Notes under the pieces: model-generated
Told to the model about the DNA's origin: nothing
Seen by the model: the letters and a program-made list of their open reading frames with translations, nothing else
Databases searched by the model: none
Made by a program: the position numbers and the translations under genes
Part shown: piece by piece, positions 24,470 through 32,585 of the stretch
How positions within the stretch are numbered: the stretch's first letter is position 1
How the letters are laid out: each line of letters opens with the position of its first letter
Virus record (IMG/VR): IMGVR_UViG_3300045012_000037
Location: 1 to 48,034 of that record
Source of the DNA: a virus
Length of the DNA: 48,034 nucleotides
Direction: 5' to 3' (one strand)

Positions 24470-25302
24470 CAGTTATATCCGAATGTGCAGTTGATCGTGT
24501 TCGTTGCCGGTGCGGCCGCCCCCTTTGGCGTCGTGGTAGCCGCCGCACTCATCGCCGTGCCAAACTGCATGCCCTGCAGGTTCATCACAAAGCCGTTCGA
24601 CAGGCTTGGGGCGATCGGGATGACTTGCAGCGGCACCGTGGTTCCAACCGTGACCGACCCAAACGCCACGTTGAAAATCTGAATGTAGGTCCAGGCGGCA
24701 TTGTTGTTGTCGCATTGTGCGAAGCCGAGTTGACCGCCCGACGACTTGATCGCCTGTGCCGCATTGGTCAGAGCCGTTACCAACAGCGGCGTCCAGCCGC
24801 CTGTTGTGCCGAGTGGCGGCGGGCTGTTAATTGCGTTTGCCGCGGCCTTGGCGATCGCGGTCAACGTACAGGCTGTCGCAGTAGCCGGCAATGTGCAGGG
24901 CGAATCTGTTGTCGATCCCTCAACCGTGTTGGAGCCGTTGGCGATAGAGATTGCCGCTGTGTTTGTGATGAATACATTGGCGCCTGGAACGAGTACGGCC
25001 CCAGGTGACGTGCCGTAATTTGCCATCGCTCCGAGCGTGCCACCAGCCCATGTCGTATTCCAAAGCGCGGCAGAAGCCGGATCGACAAGTTGACCATGCG
25101 ACGTGTCGACACCGGCGCCGTTTGCGCCGGCCGAATAATCCCAGATCGTATTTTTGCCCAGGCAATTGCCGCTGCCGTCGACCACAGTGCCGATATTCTG
25201 AGATGTGCCGCCCGCATCCTTGCCAGTGATTGGCGAAGGACAAGCGGCAAATGCCGGCCAGCAAAGCAGCGTGAAGCCGAGCGCAAGGAGAATGCGCCTC
25301 AT
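24469..25302 (-). CDS. secreted or lipoprotein-type T/G/A/N-rich protein
   Basis: ATGA overlap with the upstream stop. MRRILLALGFTLLCWPAFAA/CPSP is a possible lipobox or an AxA site. Six Cys after the hydrophobic core. Confidence 0.7.
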   Translation of the reverse strand: MRRILLALGFTLLCWPAFAACPSPITGKDAGGTSQNIGTVVDGSGNCLGKNTIWDYSAGANGAGVDTSHGQLVDPASAALWNTTWAGGTLGAMANYGTSPGAVLVPGANVFITNTAAISIANGSNTVEGSTTDSPCTLPATATACTLTAIAKAAANAINSPPPLGTTGGWTPLLVTALTNAAQAIKSSGGQLGFAQCDNNNAAWTYIQIFNVAFGSVTVGTTVPLQVIPIAPSLSNGFVMNLQGMQFGTAMSAAATTTPKGAAAPATNTINCTFGYN

Positions 25303-25511
25303 GGAATTACTCCATTGATGAATTGCGGCATGTTGCAGCCGGTGGAGAGAGACAGATCGATTGCCCCTGCAGTGCATGGCGTGCCGACGATGACCGTCCC
25401 GCCGCCGCCGGACCCGCCGCCGATGCCCTGATTGCCGCCGATCGATTGTGCGAGTGCATGCGCTGTCCAGACTGACGCGGCAAACAATGCGAATGCGATG
25501 GCCCAGTTCAT
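25299..25511 (-). CDS. 70-aa secreted Gly-rich peptide precursor
   Basis: MNWAIAFALFAASVWTAHA/LAQSIGGNQGIGGGSGGGGTVIVGTPCTAGAIDLSLSTGCNMPQFINGVIP, with two Cys. Confidence 0.65.
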   Translation of the reverse strand: MNWAIAFALFAASVWTAHALAQSIGGNQGIGGGSGGGGTVIVGTPCTAGAIDLSLSTGCNMPQFINGVIP

Positions 25512-25512
25512 G

Positions 25513-26007
25513 TCAATTCTGATGCGTTTGTACAGTCGTTTCCAGATTGACCGCCGTGCAGGTTCCTGCCGTCATGGCAAATGCCACATAATCGCCGGCG
25601 GTGATCGCAGCCGAGTTGACCGTGCCGTCGACTACGGTTCCGGCTGCAGCAACGGTCACAGTTCCGATTGTGACGGGGCTCGATGCGCAAGTTGTCGACG
25701 TGCCGCACTCGAACACCGTTATGGTTGGATTGACCGAACACGTAAACGTGTTGGCGCTGCCCTCGATGTTGTCGACAGTCGTCGCCTTGCTGAATTTGTG
25801 AAACGCGCTTTTCGTGGCATTGATCGCCGTGATCGGACCGGTCTGAAAGCCGATGTGGTCGGTGGCGTTGTTGGCAATCGTTCCGCCCGAGCAGGTCAGA
25901 CCGGCGCCGCAGCCGAACAGGGCGCCATTGGAAATGCCGTCCGCAGCCAGCGGAGTGACCAAAGCCAGCAATGCGAGTGGGGCGATAATCCTACTGATAA
26001 TCTGCAT
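25513..26007 (-). CDS. secreted Cys-containing beta-rich protein
   Basis: Internal ATG 26007 of track ORF 25513-26160. MQIISRIIAPLALLALVTPLAA/DG. Six Cys in the mature part. Confidence 0.65.
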   Translation of the reverse strand: MQIISRIIAPLALLALVTPLAADGISNGALFGCGAGLTCSGGTIANNATDHIGFQTGPITAINATKSAFHKFSKATTVDNIEGSANTFTCSVNPTITVFECGTSTTCASSPVTIGTVTVAAAGTVVDGTVNSAAITAGDYVAFAMTAGTCTAVNLETTVQTHQN

Positions 26008-26368
26008 ACATCGTGTCCGAATTTGAGGCGCACGTCGCCTGGATGACATCGGACGGAACGTATGGGTAATAGCGCTGGTAGCTGCCGCCCGGAGACAACA
26101 AAATGGATGTTGCCTTTGTCGCGCTGCCAGATCCGATGAACAGCCAGCAATTGTCGCCATTGGTATTGTTGTTCTGGATAGTCAGCGAGCGCCTGATAGC
26201 CGGCGGCGCGGCAACAGCACTGAGTATGTTCTGATATGTGTTGCCGGTCGTGATCGTAACTGAGCCATTGATGGTTGGCGTATTGGTCTGCGCGTTCGCG
26301 ACAGGCGCAAAGAAAAGCGCTGCGGCGATAACCGCAGCGCGAGTTAGCCATGATCGATTCGCAATCAC
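25991..26368 (-). CDS. secreted beta-rich protein
   Basis: GTG 26368 preceded by GGTGGA and located after the stop of the upstream gene. (M)IANRSWLTRAAVIAAALFFAPVANA/QT. Two Cys. Confidence 0.6.
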   Translation of the reverse strand: MIANRSWLTRAAVIAAALFFAPVANAQTNTPTINGSVTITTGNTYQNILSAVAAPPAIRRSLTIQNNNTNGDNCWLFIGSGSATKATSILLSPGGSYQRYYPYVPSDVIQATCASNSDTMYADYQ

Positions 26369-26388
26369 AGCGGGAGGTTCCACCTGGC

Positions 26389-27006
26389 TTAGAAGTACGA
26401 GTAGATTATCGTGATATTGATCGAGCCCGAATTGCACGCGGTATGGCACGCGACAAGCACCTGATCCGCAATCGGCGCACCGCCATTGACTTGCAGCCGC
26501 GTCAGCGACGCATCCTTCACGACAACAGTTGCGTTGGCGCCGAGCGCGACCGCCGAGGCAAAAGTCGTGGCCGACGTGGCATCGCCGATGTCGACGCCGC
26601 CAGTGATGGCGTTGCCTGCCGTCTCGGCAAGCACAACGTTCTGAATGACCGTATTGGCCGGCAGCGTGATCGTCGATGTCGTTGACGTGGTTGACGCCAG
26701 GATGCCGGTCTGGATCAGCGTGAAGATATTTGGGCCGTAGAAGTAGCCTTGCGACAGGAAGTAGCCGACATCGCCGGAAGCGATAACCGCACAGCCATCA
26801 GCGTTGAGCTGATAGGCGGGCTGAGGCGTAGCCGTAGACGCCGAGTTGACAACACGCCTCGGTCCAGCGACGCCGGATGCTGGCTTAGGCGCGCACAAGA
26901 AGGCGTGAGCGGTCTGGGTCGACGCCGCCGCATAAGCGCCCTGCGGCACGATGAAGAAGGCGGCAATCGCTGCGGCGAGCAGGAATTGCGGAAGGCGAAA
27001 CTTCAT
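26389..27006 (-). CDS. secreted protein, possible small outer-membrane beta-barrel
   Basis: MKFRLPQFLLAAAIAAFFIVPQGAYA/A. Four Cys. C-terminus SINITIIYSYF has alternating hydrophobics and a terminal Phe (BAM beta-signal-like). Confidence 0.7.
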   Translation of the reverse strand: MKFRLPQFLLAAAIAAFFIVPQGAYAAASTQTAHAFLCAPKPASGVAGPRRVVNSASTATPQPAYQLNADGCAVIASGDVGYFLSQGYFYGPNIFTLIQTGILASTTSTTSTITLPANTVIQNVVLAETAGNAITGGVDIGDATSATTFASAVALGANATVVVKDASLTRLQVNGGAPIADQVLVACHTACNSGSINITIIYSYF

Positions 27007-27506
27007 GGTCTTGTCTCCTGTTCACCAAAGACGGGATCGGCACGCATCGCCGCGGCCAGATCGGCATTGGCCTCGATTTCGCGACGCATGTTTTCGGCGT
27101 GGCCGTGGCCTGGCGTGACGCCAACCGGCAGGCCGCGATTTTTCAGCTTCTCGTAACCGCGCGTGCGACTCGAGATCACGTAGCGTTTCGGGTCGCGGGT
27201 CAGCGCGTCATTGGCGTCGGCCGACCACATGAACAGTTCGATCGGGCCGCCTGAGCGCTTTTCAAACTCGGCATAGTCGACCTTGGCCTGCTTATGCGCC
27301 TTGAGCGCGGTCGCATAGTCCTCCATGGCCTCGCGAAATTCCAACATGGCCAGATCGTACTCCGGCTCACCTTCGCTGCCCTTTGGCGCCTTCGGACGCA
27401 TCGGCGGCTCGGGCTTCTTCGGCCCGAGATCCCACAGCCACACCTTCATCGCCGCATTGTCGGTGGCGTTGTTGCTGTTGATGCGCGTAAAGGCGAGATC
27501 GCTCAT
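27003..27506 (-). CDS. hypothetical protein (head-proximal)
   Basis: 167-aa ORF. ATGA overlaps on both sides. Charged, soluble-looking. Confidence 0.7.
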   Translation of the reverse strand: MSDLAFTRINSNNATDNAAMKVWLWDLGPKKPEPPMRPKAPKGSEGEPEYDLAMLEFREAMEDYATALKAHKQAKVDYAEFEKRSGGPIELFMWSADANDALTRDPKRYVISSRTRGYEKLKNRGLPVGVTPGHGHAENMRREIEANADLAAAMRADPVFGEQETRP

Positions 27507-27988
27507 GCCGCGTCTTTCTTGTCTTTCTCAACTTTTGCCGTGGCCCGCTTGGCGGCCATGACGCGCGCGATGGCGATCTTGCGGTCGGCGGCGAGTTGGA
27601 TGGCGGCGGCCGCCTTGGCGCGATCCTCTTGGATCTTCTTGACCTCGGCATCGACCGCGGACTCATCGAGATCCTGCGGTTCCATCGCATAGCGCTCGTC
27701 GGCGGCGATGGCGTGCGCCGCGTCGCTCGAGTGCATGGTCAGCGGGTCCGGCGCGATGTGGGTTTCGTGCCACAGTTTTGCATCGGCCTCGGCAGCATCA
27801 GAACGTACTTTCAACGCCTCGTCGGTTTCGCCGGGCTTCTTTTTCAGCGCCTTGCCGGTGCCGGGACCATGATCCCACACGATGACATTGCCGTTCGCGT
27901 CAAGGTCAGAAGCGATGACGGCGCGGCGGTGCTTCTTCTCGGCCTTGGTTTCGGTAGGACCGCCAAACAATGGATCAGCCATGGTCAT
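27503..27988 (-). CDS. hypothetical charged protein
   Basis: ATGA overlap with the upstream stop at 27985-27988. GAGGGA RBS. Product MTMADPLFGGPTETKAEKK... (track ORF 27503-28249 starts too far upstream). Confidence 0.65.
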   Translation of the reverse strand: MTMADPLFGGPTETKAEKKHRRAVIASDLDANGNVIVWDHGPGTGKALKKKPGETDEALKVRSDAAEADAKLWHETHIAPDPLTMHSSDAAHAIAADERYAMEPQDLDESAVDAEVKKIQEDRAKAAAAIQLAADRKIAIARVMAAKRATAKVEKDKKDAA

Positions 27989-28503
27989 TCCCTCGGAAGT
28001 ACGGCGATGAACGCCCGGAACGTGATTGAGCCGAACGTGCCCGCCACATAGAGCTGGACGAACTGATATTTGACGTTGTTCTGCTCGTTGGTGAACAGCA
28101 TTTCGTAACGCGATCCGCCGATCGAAGCCGGTGCGGCTGTATTGAATCCGTTGATCCAATCGACGTTGGCGAGCTCGCCGAGCTGATATTCGGCGAGAAG
28201 CTGGACGTTGCCGGCGCCAAACGCCGGATCGTTCGAACCGACCAGACACAGCTTGTAAACGTCCGATCCTGAAACGGTGATCGCGGTAACGTCGACCACG
28301 CAGGCCGCGTCGATGCGCGGTTGCTGCGGCGTGATTGATGTCGAGTCCGCGATCGACGGCAGCGTAACCGTAGCGCCCTGGTTGCCGCCGAGATCGACGA
28401 CGCCGGTAGCGCCGGCGTTCTGGGCGTAACCCGCGGCGGTCTGCGCAACAGAGCCGTCCGAGAGAACGTTGTTGGCGTCGAAACTATAAGTTCTGTCACC
28501 CAT
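27985..28503 (-). CDS. hypothetical protein directly downstream of capsid gene (possible decoration/cement protein)
   Basis: 172-aa ORF, 21 nt after the capsid stop. Function guessed from position only. Confidence 0.7.
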   Translation of the reverse strand: MGDRTYSFDANNVLSDGSVAQTAAGYAQNAGATGVVDLGGNQGATVTLPSIADSTSITPQQPRIDAACVVDVTAITVSGSDVYKLCLVGSNDPAFGAGNVQLLAEYQLGELANVDWINGFNTAAPASIGGSRYEMLFTNEQNNVKYQFVQLYVAGTFGSITFRAFIAVLPRE

Positions 28504-28524
28504 CGTGATTTCTCCTTGTCGCGA

Positions 28525-29478
28525 TTAGGCGACGATCGGCGCGTTAGTCCACGAGTCCATGCGGCCGAGACAATACTTGTGCTCGTCCACCAAACCGATG
28601 TCCCAACTGATATGCGTGCGATAGGTCTTGCGGTCCTGCAGCAAGCCAACATCTTCCGGCGTCAGGTTGCGGACATAGATGCCGCGCAACATGCCCTCGC
28701 CCATGGTCAGGCCGTAGAGCGACGCGGTGACGGCCGAGCCGCCGCCGTTGCCGACCTCGTTGAATTGCAGCACCGGCTGCTGGTCGTCCTTCGGATAGCC
28801 CCAGAGCAAACGAAGCCCGGCATAGCTGATCTTCGGCATGCCGACCTCATCCCAGGTCTGCATCACGAAGCCACTCAAGGTCGTGGTGCGCGCCGCCTGA
28901 ATCCACAGCGGCAGCGAAATGAACGGCACGAAGATGTAGGTGGTACCGGACTTGCGCGAGATGTTGTTGAGGAACTGATCGAGATTGGCGAGCGAAAGCG
29001 CAGCGCCGCCAGATGTCGTCGAGTTGTGATAGAGCCGGCCGAACTTGCGGGCCCGGACTTGCAGGCCGTTGAACACGCGCGGATTGGTCGATTGGTCGCC
29101 CTTGACGAAAGTGTCGATCCACAGCCGCGCAAAGGCGGTGATGCCCATGCGTTCCTCGTAATTGCGCCGCTCCGAGCCGTGCCGATCCTGAATGGCGCGG
29201 TCCACGTCGATGTCGTGGTCGATGATGTAGGTCGCCTCGTCGAACGGCGTGATCGAGCCGTGGCCGCTTGAGGATGCTTCGTTGATGCCGCGGAACTGCG
29301 GCGTCGGCAGCACGGACTCGCGGAAGCCGACATATTTGGAACCGCGCAAGCCTTCAAAGGGCATGACCTCGAAAACGTCACTGTACTGCGTGAACATTTC
29401 GATGATGGTGCGTCGGATGTCCTCATTCGAGAACCCCTTGGCGTATTCGGTCAGGGTAATCAGATTGTTGACAGCCAT
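28525..29478 (-). CDS. major capsid protein
   Basis: 317 aa, follows the scaffold gene in portal-scaffold-capsid order. GAAGGG RBS. The long antisense ORF 28516-29271 is rejected. Confidence 0.7.
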   Translation of the reverse strand: MAVNNLITLTEYAKGFSNEDIRRTIIEMFTQYSDVFEVMPFEGLRGSKYVGFRESVLPTPQFRGINEASSSGHGSITPFDEATYIIDHDIDVDRAIQDRHGSERRNYEERMGITAFARLWIDTFVKGDQSTNPRVFNGLQVRARKFGRLYHNSTTSGGAALSLANLDQFLNNISRKSGTTYIFVPFISLPLWIQAARTTTLSGFVMQTWDEVGMPKISYAGLRLLWGYPKDDQQPVLQFNEVGNGGGSAVTASLYGLTMGEGMLRGIYVRNLTPEDVGLLQDRKTYRTHISWDIGLVDEHKYCLGRMDSWTNAPIVA

Positions 29479-29491
29479 CGCTCAGCCCTTC

Positions 29492-29707
29492 CTATGGATT
29501 GCTTGCGCTAGGGGTGTAGGTCCACGCACCGAGCGCCGTATTCGGCGTACCCGCCGCATTGGTGCCCTTGATTGATCCCGTCGTCGTCGCGCCTTGGCCG
29601 CGCTGGATTTCCGCGGCGGCAATCTCACAAACTTTCGCCAAATAGCCTGCTTCGGCAGATTTCTTGTCGAACACCTGATCGACAATTGTGATGACCATGA
29701 CCGTCAT
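29492..29707 (-). CDS. 71-aa protein, tandem paralog 2
   Basis: MTVMVITIVDQVFDKKSAEAGYLAKV...AWTYTPSASNP. ATGA overlap with paralog 1. Confidence 0.65.
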   Translation of the reverse strand: MTVMVITIVDQVFDKKSAEAGYLAKVCEIAAAEIQRGQGATTTGSIKGTNAAGTPNTALGAWTYTPSASNP

Positions 29708-29919
29708 GGATTGCTCGCGCTCGGCGTATAAGTCCAAGACCCAAGCGATGTGTTCGGCGTTCCGGTCGCGCTGACGCCGTTCATCGTGCCTGACGTGACC
29801 GTGCCCTGCTTTTTCTGAATGTCAGAAGCGGCACGCAATAAAACCCTGGCGAGCCATTGGACCTCGGCTGACTTCTTGTCGAACACCTGATCGTTGATGG
29901 TAATGGTCAGCACGGTCAT
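29704..29919 (-). CDS. 71-aa protein, tandem paralog 1
   Basis: MTVLTITINDQVFDKKSAEVQWLARV...SWTYTPSASNP. 4-nt overlap with the scaffold gene stop. Confidence 0.65.
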   Translation of the reverse strand: MTVLTITINDQVFDKKSAEVQWLARVLLRAASDIQKKQGTVTSGTMNGVSATGTPNTSLGSWTYTPSASNP

Positions 29920-30749
29920 CGCTGCGCGCCGTTGAACTGCGTCTGATCAAAGCCGCGCGCATAGTCGAGGCGTTCGCGCGCCGACATTTTGGCAAACTGC
30001 TCGTCGCTGACACGACCCGGCGCTTGCGGCGGTTCGCGTCCGTTGGCGCGGAATGGCGCCCCGCCTTGGCTCGAGACTTTCTGAATCAGTTTCTCGGCGA
30101 TGGCGATGTCGCTCGCTGTGAACATGCGGGATGCGAGTTGTGAGCCCTCGGCCTCGCCGAGAAATGACTTGAAAAACGTGGTGACTGCGGTGACGCGGGC
30201 GGTGCCGTTGGCGCCGAGCTTGGAGACTTCGGCGGTGCGCGCGGCGGTAATGCGCGCCTGATCGGCGACCTGGGCGCCGGCATAGAGACCGAGCAACTTG
30301 GAGAATGCCTCCTGCCCGCTCACCTTGCCGGCATCGATGTCGTGCATGACCTGGCGGGCGAGCGCGAGATTCGGATCGGCGTCATTGAACTTGAAGTCGA
30401 CGCCGTCCGGCACCTTGAAGTCGGACGGCAGCTTGACCTCATATTTGTCGGGTGAATCCGGCAGCGCCAGCCGACGCACGTCATCAGCGGCGACGCGCGC
30501 CTGCAGCGCGCTGAAATGCTCACCAAATTCCTTGTCTTTGACTTTGCCGGCGGTTGCGTCCCAGAAGGTCTCGGGAACGTAAGCAGGCCGCGCGTTAGTT
30601 GGTGCTGCCGCTGGTGCCGGAGCCGGAGTTGGCGTCGGTGTCCCAGCCGGCGATGGCGGTGTCGAGGGTGACGCGGCGACGGGCGCCGCGGGGGTGGGTG
30701 CGGGTGTCGACGGGCTCGGCGATGGCGAAGGTGACGGCGTATCGGTCAC
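29916..30749 (-). CDS. putative scaffolding protein with P/S/T/A-rich N-terminal region
   Basis: Positioned between portal and capsid. Helical, charged C-terminal two thirds. GTG start. The first ~50 residues are PSPSPSPSPSTPAPTPAAP... and overlap the upstream ORF. Confidence 0.5.
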   Translation of the reverse strand: MTDTPSPSPSPSPSTPAPTPAAPVAASPSTPPSPAGTPTPTPAPAPAAAPTNARPAYVPETFWDATAGKVKDKEFGEHFSALQARVAADDVRRLALPDSPDKYEVKLPSDFKVPDGVDFKFNDADPNLALARQVMHDIDAGKVSGQEAFSKLLGLYAGAQVADQARITAARTAEVSKLGANGTARVTAVTTFFKSFLGEAEGSQLASRMFTASDIAIAEKLIQKVSSQGGAPFRANGREPPQAPGRVSDEQFAKMSARERLDYARGFDQTQFNGAQR

Positions 30750-30960
30750 TGTCAGCTATTCCCTTGCCCATGTGGGCCATCAGATCGGCCGCGAAACTGC
30801 GGCGACCCTCATTCGCGCGCAACGCACGTCCCGGCATGTTGGGCGTGGTGACCCCCAACCTGACCTTCTGCAAGTAGCGATAAAGAAGCTGGCCATCGGC
30901 GGTACGCGCGATGCGATCCATGACCTGCGTGATGTCGTCCGATGTGATTTCTTCGGTCAT
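30595..30960 (-). CDS. small protein downstream of portal
   Basis: 121-aa ORF. ATGA overlap with the portal stop. ...DGQLLYRYLQKV...RALRANEGRRSFAADLMAHMG looks protein-like. The 3-prime 155 nt overlap the scaffold ORF. Confidence 0.55.
   Translation of the reverse strand: MTEEITSDDITQVMDRIARTADGQLLYRYLQKVRLGVTTPNMPGRALRANEGRRSFAADLMAHMGKGIADSDRYAVTFAIAEPVDTRTHPRGARRRVTLDTAIAGWDTDANSGSGTSGSTN
30811..30831. promoter_or_regulatory. conserved late-arm motif copy 3 (ATTCGCGCGCAACGCACGTCC)
   Basis: 18-nt exact match to copy 1. 70 nt upstream of the scaffold GTG 30749, inside ORF 30595-30960. Confidence 0.55.
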
Positions 30961-32585
30961 GCTGCCGGCCCTGGAACTTGGTTGGTTGGCCCAGGCACCG
31001 GCCGGTCGCCCATCAGTTTCGACATCTGTTCGATCGCTGCCTGCACTTGCTGCGGGTTTCTGAATATAAGCAGCAATGAGCGCGCCTTTTTCGTCATCTC
31101 CTCCATCGTCTTGCCGCCATCGACCTTGACCTTAAATTCCTCGGGGAAGGTCTGCGCAAAATATGTTGCAAGCTGCATGGTCTTGACGATTTCCTGCTGC
31201 TCGGCGGCGCCCTGCGCGGGATTGCGCGGCAGCGTCGAGACGGCGCGGCCGTCCACTTGCAGCGGCTTGATCGATCCTGATTTCTCCAGCAGAAACTTGA
31301 ATCGCAAAAAATACTGCGCTGGACCTTCCTGCCAAAACGACATTCCCGGCGTGCCGATGCGGCGCTGTGCGCGGGCGAGTTCGTCCATCCATTGTGTTGC
31401 GGTCGGCGGTGTATCGCCGCTCTGCTCCGGATGATCGACGAAAGCCAGCTTGCGCAGATGTTTGATCTTTTCCTCGTACTGATAGTTGGCCGCTTCCGCC
31501 GGCGGCGGCGTGTAAATCGGCTTGACGGCGCCTTCGCTGCCGGGCCGGATCGGATAGGCCATGCCTTCCTCAACGCCCTGCTCGACTGCGGCAAAACTGT
31601 CGTCGGGGTAGGTGATCGGCGGCTTGATCGACAGCGCCGCATTCTCGATCCGCATCGATTCCAATTCGTCGATCTGACGCAGCGTCGGTAGGCCCTGGAT
31701 CAGCCAGCCGAGGCCGTGCGGCCAATCAGCGGTCGGATTGAACCGGGTCACGACCAGCGGACAGCAACCTTCGCCCTTGATCTCGTTGTCATGCACGACT
31801 TTGTTGCCGAGCATGACGACGGCCTGCCAAACCTCGTCGGACTTGTCGTCCCATTTGCGCCAGAATGCCCACACGATCTGCGTGCGATCGGACGGCTTGT
31901 TGTCCGCAACCTTTTTCTGGTCGGCGTCTAGTTTTTCCCAGATTTCCTCGCCGAGCAGTTCGCGGACATAATGGTTGCGCGTATAGCGCACGGCAGCGCG
32001 GTAATCGATGCCGCCATAGGGACCGAGATCGATTTCCAGTTCGCGCAGCGGAATGGCCGAGCAAACGACGGCGGAAGCCGGATGCGGTCGGTCGATCCAC
32101 ATACCGACCGTACCGATCGATAGGTCGGGATAATAGGCCTTTGGAATTTCTGAATAGAAGTTCGACGCCTTGATCGCGTTGAAGATGATGGCGTCATCTG
32201 TCCTGACCTGCTTCTCGACGCTTTTCCAGATTGGACCGTCCTTGCCGCCTGGCAGATCCATGCCGGGGCCGCGCTCACACCACAGCTCCGCTTCCGGCAG
32301 AAACGCATTGACGACTTCGGTTGTGTGATCGCCACAGATGATGAATGCCTGATCGGTGTTTAGTTCCGGCGCGTCGAGCATCCGCGACTGCGACGGCATC
32401 ACTGCCGAACTGATTTGCCGCTGGCGATTTGGCGCTGCGAAAAAATAGCACTCCTTGAAATCGAGCTCGACGTAAGATTTCCAGGTGCGCGCGGCAGCAA
32501 GCCGCGAGACCGCTTCCTGATCAAGCGTTTTGACTTCGCCGGTCGATGCAGCCTGCGTCTGCGCTGAATCCGGCGTCGCGGCCAT
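30957..32585 (-). CDS. portal (head-tail connector) protein
   Basis: 542 aa (T7 gp8-like size). Sits between terminase and scaffold/capsid. Confidence 0.75.
   Translation of the reverse strand: MAATPDSAQTQAASTGEVKTLDQEAVSRLAAARTWKSYVELDFKECYFFAAPNRQRQISSAVMPSQSRMLDAPELNTDQAFIICGDHTTEVVNAFLPEAELWCERGPGMDLPGGKDGPIWKSVEKQVRTDDAIIFNAIKASNFYSEIPKAYYPDLSIGTVGMWIDRPHPASAVVCSAIPLRELEIDLGPYGGIDYRAAVRYTRNHYVRELLGEEIWEKLDADQKKVADNKPSDRTQIVWAFWRKWDDKSDEVWQAVVMLGNKVVHDNEIKGEGCCPLVVTRFNPTADWPHGLGWLIQGLPTLRQIDELESMRIENAALSIKPPITYPDDSFAAVEQGVEEGMAYPIRPGSEGAVKPIYTPPPAEAANYQYEEKIKHLRKLAFVDHPEQSGDTPPTATQWMDELARAQRRIGTPGMSFWQEGPAQYFLRFKFLLEKSGSIKPLQVDGRAVSTLPRNPAQGAAEQQEIVKTMQLATYFAQTFPEEFKVKVDGGKTMEEMTKKARSLLLIFRNPQQVQAAIEQMSKLMGDRPVPGPTNQVPGPAA

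Larger units (their letters stand above)
29492..29919 (-). repeat. tandem gene duplication (two 216-nt units)
   Basis: The two 71-aa products align end to end and share MTV..ITI.DQVFDKKSAE and WTYTPSASNP. Confidence 0.85.

Noticed and set aside
28516-29271. 251-aa plus-strand ORF and nested minus-strand ORFs 28847-29122 and 28875-29426
   Set aside because: They overlap the major capsid gene in other frames or on the other strand. No independent signals support them.
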